Virus record (IMG/VR): IMGVR_UViG_3300024239_000016
Span: 113,678 to 177,677 of that record
Reading direction: 5' to 3' (one strand)
Length of the DNA stretch: 64,000 nucleotides
Origin: a virus
In this document: one piece after another, positions 19,374-28,509 of the stretch
How the letters are laid out: each line of letters begins with the position of its first letter
Numbering within the stretch: the first letter of the stretch is position 1
Translations under genes and position numbers: made by a program
Notes under the pieces: model-generated
Seen by the model: the letters and a program-made list of their open reading frames with translations, nothing else
What the model was told of the DNA's origin: nothing
The model's database searches: none

Positions 19374-19949
19374 ATGATTAAAATCAGCACCTATCGAAGC
19401 GAGGGAAATCGTCAGCTTCATGACGATATCGTTTCGGAGAAAACCCCGGGTAAGGCACTGGATTACCTCATCAGTTGCGAAATTGCATTTGGTGGAAATG
19501 TCACGGATATCAGTGATACGAAAATCACCATCGTTACTCCTATCACGGGGATGGTTGACCATACGGTCTTTGAAGGCTCGTCTGAGGAGATGCGGTCCTT
19601 GACCATAGCTATTGGTGTCTCCAGCGCTCTGCGTGCAAATAAAAAGATAGCTGATGCTGGGATTGACTCTGCGATGAGGTTTACCGAAGGTAATCCAAGG
19701 TTAATTGCCATAGGCGGAGCCATGTTTATGTTGGGCCCGGTTGTATCTGGCACAATTAAATACATGCTCGCCAACTATTTACTACTTGAGCAATTTGGTG
19801 ATTGTGTCCCTGAAAATTCCGCTATCGAAAAAGCTCTGGCGACTTCTGTTTTAAAAGCTCCTCTTAGAAACAAAGATGGCTTGGCTGCCTTGACTCTGCA
19901 TCTCGATGATGGCGTTCCCATGAGTGAGTGTCTTGCTCTTTTGGAGTAA
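19374..19949 (+). CDS. Hypothetical protein
   Basis: 191 aa, AAGG RBS. Confidence 0.7.
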   Translation: MIKISTYRSEGNRQLHDDIVSEKTPGKALDYLISCEIAFGGNVTDISDTKITIVTPITGMVDHTVFEGSSEEMRSLTIAIGVSSALRANKKIADAGIDSAMRFTEGNPRLIAIGGAMFMLGPVVSGTIKYMLANYLLLEQFGDCVPENSAIEKALATSVLKAPLRNKDGLAALTLHLDDGVPMSECLALLE

Positions 19950-19955
19950 TTAGCA

Positions 19956-20447
19956 ATGAAACTAAGTTATTTAGGCATCCCGTTCAAACTGGTCGCAAAT
20001 ATTCTTTACTTTGTTTGCGGTATGCTTTACACAATTGCCGAAACGTGTGAGACTATTGCTTCCGGGCCCAGAATCATTCCGGTACCGCGAGCAGAAACCA
20101 AACCACCCGAACACCAACCGGAGGACATTGATCCAAAAGTAGCTGAATTTGCAAAAGTCTTCACTGATGAACCAGATCTCTTCAGGGAGGTCGTCATCGA
20201 GATGGCTATGATTGCCGGCCAAAAACGCCATGATGCAATGGCTAAAAGGAATTCTATGGGAGGGGAACACATCCCTACAGTTCCTGAGGTTGTCGGTGAT
20301 AAAAAGCAAAAAGAATTTCCTATTCCGGACTTTCTGAAATCTTCTACGATGCTTAACGACGTCATTCAGGGACAATCCAAACAAGGTGTCCAAGATGCAC
20401 AACTCGCTGACCCTGGGGGACATAGTCATCCCGGAAAAGCTGATTGA
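19956..20447 (+). CDS. Hypothetical protein with hydrophobic N-terminal segment
   Basis: 163 aa; N-terminal LGIPFKLVANILYFVCGMLYTIA could be a membrane anchor. Confidence 0.6.
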   Translation: MKLSYLGIPFKLVANILYFVCGMLYTIAETCETIASGPRIIPVPRAETKPPEHQPEDIDPKVAEFAKVFTDEPDLFREVVIEMAMIAGQKRHDAMAKRNSMGGEHIPTVPEVVGDKKQKEFPIPDFLKSSTMLNDVIQGQSKQGVQDAQLADPGGHSHPGKAD

Positions 20448-20817
20448 ATTGTTTAATCAGCATCCTTCGTTCAACCGCCATCTCTTTGAGAAGTGTATCA
20501 GAAAAGATAAACGGAACATTGATATGGTGATCTGCTTGTTAACATTCGCGTCTGATGAACAAGTAGATGTAATTTCTGAGCATTTTTGCAAAGCCGTTCA
20601 TGCACCAATAATGGATGGTAGAAAGTTCAGAATAGTGGTATGCAGTCTGTTAAATGCTGCGGCCGAAATGGCAGTTAAGTACTTCCCTGAGGACGATCCG
20701 AATAGCGATGTTTTGCCGGGATCATGCACACACAACCTGATAGTCGGTAGTCTGATAGGGAAGCTTAGTATCCAAGGTATTAAATTAGATCCAAACGCTT
20801 TAAAGAATAGGAAGTGA
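20395..20817 (+). CDS. Hypothetical protein
   Basis: ATG at 20395 with AAGGTG RBS; overlaps the upstream ORF end. Confidence 0.6.
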   Translation: MHNSLTLGDIVIPEKLIELFNQHPSFNRHLFEKCIRKDKRNIDMVICLLTFASDEQVDVISEHFCKAVHAPIMDGRKFRIVVCSLLNAAAEMAVKYFPEDDPNSDVLPGSCTHNLIVGSLIGKLSIQGIKLDPNALKNRK

Positions 20818-20841
20818 TCAACTAACCTTAGAGGAAAGTGT

Positions 20842-21207
20842 ATGTCTTTCAAATCAATCTGTAGTCAAGATCGCATTATGCCAATGGCACTTGCTCGAAT
20901 ACCATACATCGATATGGAAGAGTACGAGCAACTGAACAGTGGCAATGTCTTTCGTGTCGCTGCCGAAACACTAGCAAGATTGCCGATCGCCGCGGTGATG
21001 GAGATTCAAAAAGAATGTCTGAATCAAGACATCTGCCATGTAATCGCTGCAGTTACCTTTAAAGATACTGCTTACAAGGTACTCTTGTGCGCGAGCTCTA
21101 TGGGCTTCAGTTCCGATGATGAAGATGCAGTTTGCGCTATGTTGGAAGGCGCTTTTCTCGCAAAGAAATTACAATCAGAAACAATTCGCAACCTAGGTCA
21201 GAGGTAA
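20842..21207 (+). CDS. Hypothetical protein
   Basis: 121 aa, GAGG RBS. Confidence 0.65.
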   Translation: MSFKSICSQDRIMPMALARIPYIDMEEYEQLNSGNVFRVAAETLARLPIAAVMEIQKECLNQDICHVIAAVTFKDTAYKVLLCASSMGFSSDDEDAVCAMLEGAFLAKKLQSETIRNLGQR

Positions 21208-21212
21208 CTATC

Positions 21213-21251
21213 ACAGACCGCCCATGTGGGCGGTCTGTATATTTTTTTTTT
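21213..21251 (+). terminator. Intrinsic terminator
   Basis: ACAGACCGCCC-ATGT-GGGCGGTCTGT plus T run. Confidence 0.85.
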
Positions 21252-21300
21252 ATTTGATAACTCGCGCAAATTCTATAGACTTTACATAAAGGAAATTGCT

Positions 21301-22134
21301 GTGGATGAATACCTTCGGTTTTTATCTGCTTACTTTGGAGCAGACGAGGTCGCTACCTATGCTCGGCTATTTGAGATAATCGATCAAGTAGGCCTGGAGC
21401 AATATGAGCAGAATTTTGGCGCTGTTATTGCGCATGCCGATATCTCCGATACAGCTACAGTCTGCGACGAGTGGCATATGCTCAGCGTTACTTATGCCAA
21501 AACTATTGCTGCTGGTATTGGGATTTTCCTTACGGACGAGGTTCCTCTTTCAACGATGCTAGATATTTTAAGCACCGTTCTCAGCATTGAGTTTCGCGAT
21601 GATCGGTTTGGAATCGATTACATTCTAGAAGATGATGATCTTGACAACAAGCAGAAGCTGGTCGCCATTATCACTTACTTCAGTGTTATCGATGAGCACG
21701 ACTTGCTAGTTGGCATTGACCGCGTTAATAATTCCTGTATTCGTGGATTACAAAACGTCTCAATGGAAAATGGTAATTTGTTTGATGACATCATTCAGGT
21801 TACCGCGACCCCTCCATTGGCAAAGAACATTCGTTTCCTCATTAACGATGATCCAAAATTCATCGTCTTGGAAGAAGTGAAATCCGGACTAGCGCTAGGT
21901 CTTACTGTTGAGAATTATCTCTCTCTTTACTGGGAAAAGATTGTCGCTCTTAGCGATACCAAGGCAATTTTGCGTGAGCTCTGTGCAATAGTGCTAATCT
22001 CGAATACACCGCCGCACGAAATGTTAGCAAAGATGCGTGACATTTTCGCTGGTAAGTTCAATGATATTCAGGCGATCAAAGCGGCTAATCTGCTGATTAA
22101 TTCTGAATTTGCACCAGTGCTGGCGCAGAAATAA
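21301..22134 (+). CDS. Conserved hypothetical protein (phiKZ gp79 position)
   Basis: GTG start at 21301 after AAGGA; the longer ORF start lies inside the terminator. Confidence 0.6.
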   Translation: MDEYLRFLSAYFGADEVATYARLFEIIDQVGLEQYEQNFGAVIAHADISDTATVCDEWHMLSVTYAKTIAAGIGIFLTDEVPLSTMLDILSTVLSIEFRDDRFGIDYILEDDDLDNKQKLVAIITYFSVIDEHDLLVGIDRVNNSCIRGLQNVSMENGNLFDDIIQVTATPPLAKNIRFLINDDPKFIVLEEVKSGLALGLTVENYLSLYWEKIVALSDTKAILRELCAIVLISNTPPHEMLAKMRDIFAGKFNDIQAIKAANLLINSEFAPVLAQK

Positions 22135-22147
22135 ACGGGAGCATTAT

Positions 22148-23446
22148 ATGCTAAAACGAGAGTTCTTTCTAAGAGCAATGAACTCTGGAATGGCCAAGTA
22201 TTCCGAGTGGGTAATTAAGGCTTTTGCTATAACCCGACAGGATGAAAATCTTGATATCCAGAAAGCTCGCCATTTAGATATCGTTGTGGTCGGTAAGAAG
22301 TATGCGTTCGTTGATATTGACCCAGCTAATGCGGGTAAGAAATTTACCGTCATTATCGACGATAGCGATGCCAGCGTTCCTCTGTTTGGGCCCAATCAAG
22401 TGATCACGATAAACAAAGGTGATGTCCCCAACATTGATGAAACATTGCAAGTCACCTATTACCAGATGCTGTATAACTATCTTGCATTGGTTATTCCTTT
22501 TGGTAGGAAGATCAAATACAAAGACATCGATAGCGTCGAAGATATAATCGCAGACAAGATGGTCGATAATGATGCTAGCGATGAAGTCAGGCGCAATGGC
22601 ATCACAATCGATGAGTATCTGTTATTCACGGAATGCATACTCAGCCTGGATAATTACACTCAGTTATTCACACCAGCGGCTACTCGCAAGAGCATGGTTC
22701 CTCCGCCTTGGGTGAAGGAGTACCGAGCTTCTTTGATCGAGCAGTACAAAGACTCTCTACACGACCCAGCGACAATCGCTTTGATCGATAAAGCTATGGT
22801 CGATAAATATCGTGAATACCTAGCGGGCGATCCATCTCTTAATTTCCTGATTAAGGGAAAGCAGATCGATCTATCTGCAAAGAAACGATTCCTGATGTAT
22901 GGCGCTGAACCTGGGATCGATGGGTCTATTGAACTAGATCCTATTTTTAGTTCGCTTGCTGAAGGGTGGGAGTTTGATAAACTACCGCTCTATATCAATA
23001 ACCAGCGCGCCGGTTCCCATAATCGTGGCTTTAATACTCGCCTAGGTGGCGAGGAATTCAAATGGGCTACTCGTAACTCTATCAACTTAATGGTTGGTGG
23101 TGAGGACTGCGGATCTGTTGTTGGTATTCCGTATGATTTTACGGAACGATCAGCTGAACAAATGATCGGATGCTATGCCATTTCTGGCAAAGAGATCATT
23201 AAAGTTACTCGTGAAAACTTGAATCAGTTCATGGGTAAAACTGTATCTATGCGTTCGCCACAGACGTGTAAGATGAAAGGAAATAATAGATGCGCAGTAT
23301 GTTGTGGTGATAAATTGGCTATGAATAAAACTGGCCTATCAGCTGCAATTACAGCTGCCACCAGTGGCGTTATGTATATCTTTATGTCGGCCGCTCACGC
23401 TAAAGGTGTAAAGGTATCTCCTCTTACCGATGATTGCTTTATTTAA
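22148..23446 (+). CDS. Virion RNA polymerase beta' subunit, C-terminal part (phiKZ gp80-like)
   Basis: RpoC-like NNQRAGSHNRG..T..GG, EDCGS, MRSPQTC...CAVCCG zinc motif. Confidence 0.85.
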   Translation: MLKREFFLRAMNSGMAKYSEWVIKAFAITRQDENLDIQKARHLDIVVVGKKYAFVDIDPANAGKKFTVIIDDSDASVPLFGPNQVITINKGDVPNIDETLQVTYYQMLYNYLALVIPFGRKIKYKDIDSVEDIIADKMVDNDASDEVRRNGITIDEYLLFTECILSLDNYTQLFTPAATRKSMVPPPWVKEYRASLIEQYKDSLHDPATIALIDKAMVDKYREYLAGDPSLNFLIKGKQIDLSAKKRFLMYGAEPGIDGSIELDPIFSSLAEGWEFDKLPLYINNQRAGSHNRGFNTRLGGEEFKWATRNSINLMVGGEDCGSVVGIPYDFTERSAEQMIGCYAISGKEIIKVTRENLNQFMGKTVSMRSPQTCKMKGNNRCAVCCGDKLAMNKTGLSAAITAATSGVMYIFMSAAHAKGVKVSPLTDDCFI

Positions 23447-23463
23447 CTTACAAGGATTGTCAA

Positions 23464-24324
23464 ATGTCGACAAACAAACCGACTCCCAAGCCAGCTCCGG
23501 CTCCCTCTGCCGTTCAAGCTCCTGTACCGACAGCGGCTCCTGTTCCGGAAAAAGAAACGACAGCTGCTGCAGCGCCTGTGACCAAAGCGCCTGACGCCGA
23601 TCAGGCAGCTCCATCCACCACCGAGCAAGCTGCTCCGGCTCTTCAGCAATCTGCGGAAGCATCTGGCGATTCTCCGAAGGCTGAAAATGAACTGGAAGCC
23701 TCTCTGAAAGAAGTCATCGACGGCGCTGGCGAAATTGGCGCTGTTTCCGGCAATACCCAGATCGATCTACAGCAATTGGCTTCCACTGGCCCAGTTGGCG
23801 AGATGGTGGCTGAAGCTGCTGTCCTTCTCAATGAAGAGGACGAAAACACCAAGGAAATGGACGATCCGGTTCATGTGGAAAGCGATCCGCAGCCACTTCT
23901 GTTCTGGAAGAATGACATCCAGACATATCTCGATCAGATGCGCCCTGGTGTTCCGCAATACGACAACGTCGCTGCCGCCACCAAGCAACGTCGTTTCGGT
24001 CTCCGTCTCCTGAATGCCGCTGCAATCCTGGGCGATCACTACAAGGCCGGTATGGACTACCTGCTGCAGGTGATCCTCGATAACTCTGGCGAACACCAGA
24101 CGTTCCACGACAACTACATTTTCCGTTTCTTCGATGAGCCGACCATGCGTCGTAGCAAGGATGATCGTGAAAAGATCATCAACTTCATTAGCTTCTTGAA
24201 GCTCATGGCTGAGCCGAGCTCACGCCAGATCATGAAGAAGCAAGTCGATATGAAACTCATTCTGTCGGCTCTTCCAGATGACGCAGCTCGTCGCCAGCTG
24301 CAGAACTACTTCGGTAGTAAGTAA
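23464..24324 (+). CDS. Hypothetical protein with P/A/E-rich disordered N-terminus
   Basis: ATG 23464 with AAGGA RBS; helical C-terminal domain. Confidence 0.65.
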   Translation: MSTNKPTPKPAPAPSAVQAPVPTAAPVPEKETTAAAAPVTKAPDADQAAPSTTEQAAPALQQSAEASGDSPKAENELEASLKEVIDGAGEIGAVSGNTQIDLQQLASTGPVGEMVAEAAVLLNEEDENTKEMDDPVHVESDPQPLLFWKNDIQTYLDQMRPGVPQYDNVAAATKQRRFGLRLLNAAAILGDHYKAGMDYLLQVILDNSGEHQTFHDNYIFRFFDEPTMRRSKDDREKIINFISFLKLMAEPSSRQIMKKQVDMKLILSALPDDAARRQLQNYFGSK

Positions 24325-24344
24325 ATCACTGTAGCGCTACAATC

Positions 24345-24382
24345 ATACATCCACCAGCCCCAGATGGGGCTGGTGGATGTAT
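24345..24382 (+). terminator. Hairpin terminator
   Basis: 17-bp stem ATACATCCACCAGCCCC-AGAT-GGGGCTGGTGGATGTAT. Confidence 0.8.
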
Positions 24383-24394
24383 TACGCAATGTAA

Positions 24395-24424
24395 CTACTT
24401 TTAAATCTATATTACAGTAGTGTT
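24395..24424 (+). promoter_or_regulatory. Early promoter, TATATTAC at 24408-24415
   Basis: Exact core; CTATATTACAGTAGTGTT (18 bp) is identical to 56722-56739. Confidence 0.8.
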
Positions 24425-24456
24425 TAGTGTAGTTAAACTTATCCAGGAGAAAGAAA

Positions 24457-24846
24457 ATGACAGATAGCAACATGATTGCATTCATTATCCGTAATGACAA
24501 AAAACAACTACTCACCTTGTCTACCAAGGAGACGAGATATGGCAAGCGAGTACTTCTCCTGCCTTGTTTCTTCTACGATCATACGGAAGAGGTTATGCTG
24601 GCCTGCCGTAAGTGCTGCGAAGAGCTACTCGGAATAAAGCTGCTGACCACAAATGAATTTGGGGGATGTGGTTTCCCTGGAATGGGCGAAGAAACACAAC
24701 TCATCGAGGTAACAGCTTATAGCGGTGACCTGGAGTTAAAAGAGTCAGCTATCTTCAACAGCATGGTGTGGCTAGATGTGGGTAAGGTTCCTGATAAATT
24801 CATCACAGGACCGGAGGTTATGGCTGTATCGATGCTGCTAGATTAA
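24457..24846 (+). CDS. Nudix/MutT-fold protein with degenerate Nudix box
   Basis: IAFIIRN..QLL, LP.....D..E....ACRKCCEELLGI, and C-terminal E....WLD match the MutT layout; the GG and RE..EE residues are altered. Confidence 0.6.
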   Translation: MTDSNMIAFIIRNDKKQLLTLSTKETRYGKRVLLLPCFFYDHTEEVMLACRKCCEELLGIKLLTTNEFGGCGFPGMGEETQLIEVTAYSGDLELKESAIFNSMVWLDVGKVPDKFITGPEVMAVSMLLD

Positions 24847-24874
24847 TAGCAGTCCTTAACGTATGGAGAAAACC

Positions 24875-26065
24875 ATGTCATCGAAAGTTAAATCCGAATT
24901 TGAGTTGGTTAGTGTCGTCAGGAGAGCAGACGGCACTGGCCGCTACACCATCGGTTGGGTAGAACCCGATCCATCGAAAGATACTGATGTCGCCAAAAAA
25001 ATAATCCCTATGATTGACATCAATTTTAAGATGGATTCAATCGAATCATCTGGAGATGGTGTTTTAGTAAGATGGCAAGCTGACCTCTTAAAAGTCACGC
25101 TAATTGATTTCTTGAACGCTCGTTTTCCAAGCGGCCTCTTTAACAATCAGCCGGTATCAGTAAGACCTATGGTGGTTGATCCGAAGATGTCTCGGGCCGA
25201 TTATTCTTTCGCCAGCGTTATGCCGATAATTAATTCTGAGAAAATTGTCCTCGGCCCTATGGGGTCGAGTCAGGATGCCGCTGAGCCAAAGACTGTAATG
25301 CAGCTATGTGCCGGGTATGTGAAGGAACAAAAGCGTATTCCTTCTACTTATGTCGAAGCCGAAGCACTGTTGGAGAAAATGATTGGTTCTTTCTCCAACA
25401 ATAAACCCCAGGCTGAACTAAAGGAAGCATCCGACGTGTCGGTACCTAACAAATCGGATGGAATGGCTGATTATGATTTCGCTGGCTATAATGGGTTAGT
25501 TAGGCTCAATCAAATACTTGAAAGTGAGCCGCCCTATAGTCAGCTCTTCAGCATACCAACGAACTCCATTAATGGACTTGTGTCGCCGGATAAAGTCCCG
25601 CAGATCGAAGACAGATCTGATTTTTTAATCAATGAATCAAGGACGTCAAAAGACTCAGCTGCCATGGACCTAACGGATGCATCATTGCCTGAGCGACTTG
25701 AGCTTTTCGATCATCGCATCCCTCTGACTAAGAGGATGCAGAAAATCAAATCTCGATTTGGCTCATGGGAACGAGTATCCTTAAACGACAATGCGCCATC
25801 CGGTGCTCAGGATAAGACACCATCTTTTGCATATATTTGCGGCGATGATGCTCTTCAGTTTCTGATTACAGATCACCCTGCGCAATTTGCCAAAGTTCGG
25901 CAGCACATGATCTTGATGTTTTCATTTAGTACATACGAGGAGTTCAAACTCGAATGTTTCAATAGCAAACGCGGCTGCGATAATGGCATGGCGTTTGAAG
26001 GCCGTCCCAACGATAACGGTCTTCTCATAATGCAGCTGATGAAAGAATCCGGCATTGATTTTTAA
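24875..26065 (+). CDS. Hypothetical protein
   Basis: About 396 aa; ATG 24875 with GGAG RBS (alternative start 24863). Confidence 0.65.
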   Translation: MSSKVKSEFELVSVVRRADGTGRYTIGWVEPDPSKDTDVAKKIIPMIDINFKMDSIESSGDGVLVRWQADLLKVTLIDFLNARFPSGLFNNQPVSVRPMVVDPKMSRADYSFASVMPIINSEKIVLGPMGSSQDAAEPKTVMQLCAGYVKEQKRIPSTYVEAEALLEKMIGSFSNNKPQAELKEASDVSVPNKSDGMADYDFAGYNGLVRLNQILESEPPYSQLFSIPTNSINGLVSPDKVPQIEDRSDFLINESRTSKDSAAMDLTDASLPERLELFDHRIPLTKRMQKIKSRFGSWERVSLNDNAPSGAQDKTPSFAYICGDDALQFLITDHPAQFAKVRQHMILMFSFSTYEEFKLECFNSKRGCDNGMAFEGRPNDNGLLIMQLMKESGIDF

Positions 26066-26164
26066 TCTCTGAATCCAGACACAGACGCTATCATGCTTAG
26101 TAAAAAAGAATGCACGTGAAGAAGCTTTCACTGGGTGCGGGTTCCCACTGCCGGCGAATGGGAA

Positions 26165-26201
26165 AAGAAGTACCACCTTTCGGGGTGGTTCTTTTTTTTT
26201 T
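26165..26201 (+). terminator. Intrinsic terminator (UUCG loop)
   Basis: ACCACCT-TTCG-GGGTGGT plus long T run. Confidence 0.8.
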
Positions 26202-26209
26202 AGGTCATA

Positions 26210-26240
26210 GTACATCACCGCCCTAAGGGCGGTGATGTAC
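26210..26240. terminator. Hairpin at convergent junction
   Basis: GTACATCACCGCCC-TAA-GGGCGGTGATGTAC. Confidence 0.75.
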
Positions 26241-26259
26241 GTTTTCTTTCTTTTCAGTT

Positions 26260-26757
26260 TTAATTTTTTACCAACTTAAACGGCGATTGGGCATCTAACA
26301 AAACGCTCACACTACATCTATGAAAGATAGAGAGTCTGACTGGAGCGTTACCGCGCATCAGTTGAATTAGCTCATTGTTCGGCGTTAGTGTGATGTTGTT
26401 TGGTGAGGCAGCTCTGTTTCTATCCAGTCCACCGATACCAACCAGAATGCTCGCTTGGTTGATAAAAACTTCATCGCCAAAATAAGACACGCTCTTGACG
26501 GTTTTTAACCACTCGGTTTTAACGCAAGAGACTACGTCGTTAATCTCAGACAGAAGATTAACGAAAGACGAGCCATACGACCAATCCAATGTTTTTAGAT
26601 GGTCGTTTACTTGCTGACAAGTCATATCGATGAGCTCAACTGCTACTGCTTTTTGTGCTTTTGGTTCGTCTTCGGCGATGAGCGCTCGCCGAATATTATC
26701 GATCTCGAACTGACTGGGTTCCTTCTTACCAAACGAATAGATATCGGCTGAATGCAT
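26260..26757 (-). CDS. Hypothetical protein
   Basis: 165 aa, AAGGAG RBS, directly downstream of the polymerase gene. Confidence 0.65.
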   Translation of the reverse strand: MHSADIYSFGKKEPSQFEIDNIRRALIAEDEPKAQKAVAVELIDMTCQQVNDHLKTLDWSYGSSFVNLLSEINDVVSCVKTEWLKTVKSVSYFGDEVFINQASILVGIGGLDRNRAASPNNITLTPNNELIQLMRGNAPVRLSIFHRCSVSVLLDAQSPFKLVKN

Positions 26758-26766
26758 AGCAACTCC

Positions 26767-28488
26767 TTAATAAACAACACCTTCATTATTTGGATGTAAT
26801 TGATGGAAGAGATTTAACATCTCTGAGTGCGATGCCCCTTTCATCATCATACGCACATACTGACTGGCGTTAGTGCTACCACCAGTCAGGTTCATGTTTT
26901 GTGCCCGGAACACATATTCATCAACACCAATAATAGTAATTAACTCTTTCTTGGTGGTCTCTTTACTCTGGTTTAGCGCAATGCCGTTATTCGGATACGC
27001 TCCAGTTACGTCTAGGTCGCCAGTAGAGCGCCGCATTCTGGTGCGGATGTGTGGCGCATCCGCGAATATACATAAGCCGTTGTCGACAATCTGTACAGCA
27101 TTAAGAGCGACAATCCAATCTGTATTTGAAAGAGTTTTGGTATCTAACTCGTCTGACATCTGATCAGAGGTAGTTCCCATCACTTTGCCGTATGGTTTAA
27201 TAAAGTCATCCAAGAACTCAACGATCTTTCTTGGCATTTTGTTAAACACATCAAAGCCCGAATCAACTGATTGCGCCGCAACTGACAGCTGCATATCTAA
27301 CGTCGCTTCGTCGAACAACTCAACAGAAATACAGTCCCATAAGTTGTAGACAGCATATTCGATCATGTGGTACCGCTGCATGAAAGCATGCCACTCTTCT
27401 TTTTCCAAGCCATCCGCTTCAGTGAATTTCATCTTGGAGAGCTTTAGAACCTTACCCAACATATGGTCTAGCGAGTAAGACTCTTCCTCCTGAGCACCAA
27501 TGCGTATCTGCTTGTACAAACACATTGGATCCATAACCCAAAATGAAGCAGGCGCATATACCGAGTGCCATTGCCTGTGGTAGTCGAGAGATGATTTCTT
27601 ACCGCTATCGCTAACCTTTTGGGCTTGACCTTGAGCAAACTTGAAGAATTTATATTCCTGAGGAACCGAAGGATCACTGAAAATATCTTTGCACTCTACC
27701 CCATATTTCGCGCAACACTCCATTACTTTAGGAATGTCGTATGACATATTCCAGATGGCAAAGAAATCAGGCTTCCATTCATGCGCGCGGGCAAAGATAA
27801 TTTTAATTACTTCAAAATCATTCTTTACTACCTTGAACTCAACATTCAGATTACGACTAGCAACAATCGGACCTAGCTTTTCATCTTTCAAAATGTATTT
27901 GTCTAAGGCTTTGCGAAAATTAACCTCAGGATTTGGAAAGCCTACTAAAGCTTCTTCTGTGATGGCGATAATCGCTTTATTCTTCATTGTTAGCGATGCC
28001 ATCAAGATTTTACGATGTCCGTGAACCACATCAGCTTCGATATCGAATACAGCTACCGAATATGGTGTGATGTGATTAGGGTATCTCTTGCGGTACATCC
28101 GCTTAATTAGCGTAGTGGATGGAATGTCAGCGGCATAGACATAAGGTGTTCTGACTGCTTGCTTCAGACTGTTTCTTGGATTTGGGTACTCACCGAGCGC
28201 TTTAGCAATAGCTGGCACTAATTCAAACTGACGACATTTAAACCTGTCGCACTTTGTGATGTCTTCCCATTCTTTACGCTGCTTGTATTCTTTCCGATAT
28301 CCTGGTTTTGTGACGAAAAAAGGACGTTTAATATCGTCCTTTGACACCAATCGAGGAATTACACGGCCATCTTTGGTATGTATGATTTCCTTGATGTAGT
28401 GTCGATCAGGCATTCCTCGTTCAGGCGGTGGAACGTAGTATACAAACCTACACTCCCTTCCGGCTATTTCTTCTAATGGAATTTCCAC
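26767..28488 (-). CDS. Split family-B DNA polymerase, proofreading exonuclease plus palm motif A part (phiKZ gp82-like)
   Basis: ExoI VFDIEAD, ExoII WNMSYDIP, ExoIII YNLWDC, motif A DLDVTGAYP; no motif B/C (KxxxNSxYG, DTD) in this ORF. Confidence 0.85.
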   Translation of the reverse strand: MEIPLEEIAGRECRFVYYVPPPERGMPDRHYIKEIIHTKDGRVIPRLVSKDDIKRPFFVTKPGYRKEYKQRKEWEDITKCDRFKCRQFELVPAIAKALGEYPNPRNSLKQAVRTPYVYAADIPSTTLIKRMYRKRYPNHITPYSVAVFDIEADVVHGHRKILMASLTMKNKAIIAITEEALVGFPNPEVNFRKALDKYILKDEKLGPIVASRNLNVEFKVVKNDFEVIKIIFARAHEWKPDFFAIWNMSYDIPKVMECCAKYGVECKDIFSDPSVPQEYKFFKFAQGQAQKVSDSGKKSSLDYHRQWHSVYAPASFWVMDPMCLYKQIRIGAQEEESYSLDHMLGKVLKLSKMKFTEADGLEKEEWHAFMQRYHMIEYAVYNLWDCISVELFDEATLDMQLSVAAQSVDSGFDVFNKMPRKIVEFLDDFIKPYGKVMGTTSDQMSDELDTKTLSNTDWIVALNAVQIVDNGLCIFADAPHIRTRMRRSTGDLDVTGAYPNNGIALNQSKETTKKELITIIGVDEYVFRAQNMNLTGGSTNASQYVRMMMKGASHSEMLNLFHQLHPNNEGVVY

Positions 28489-28509
28489 ACTTACCTCGCG
28501 GACAAGACA

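Noticed and set aside
26113-26165. tRNA/tmRNA T-arm or cobalamin riboswitch (GGGTTC, CCACTG...GGGAA)
   Set aside because: No cloverleaf, acceptor stem or remaining riboswitch core; lies at a 3' end. Kept only as an unexplained structured segment.
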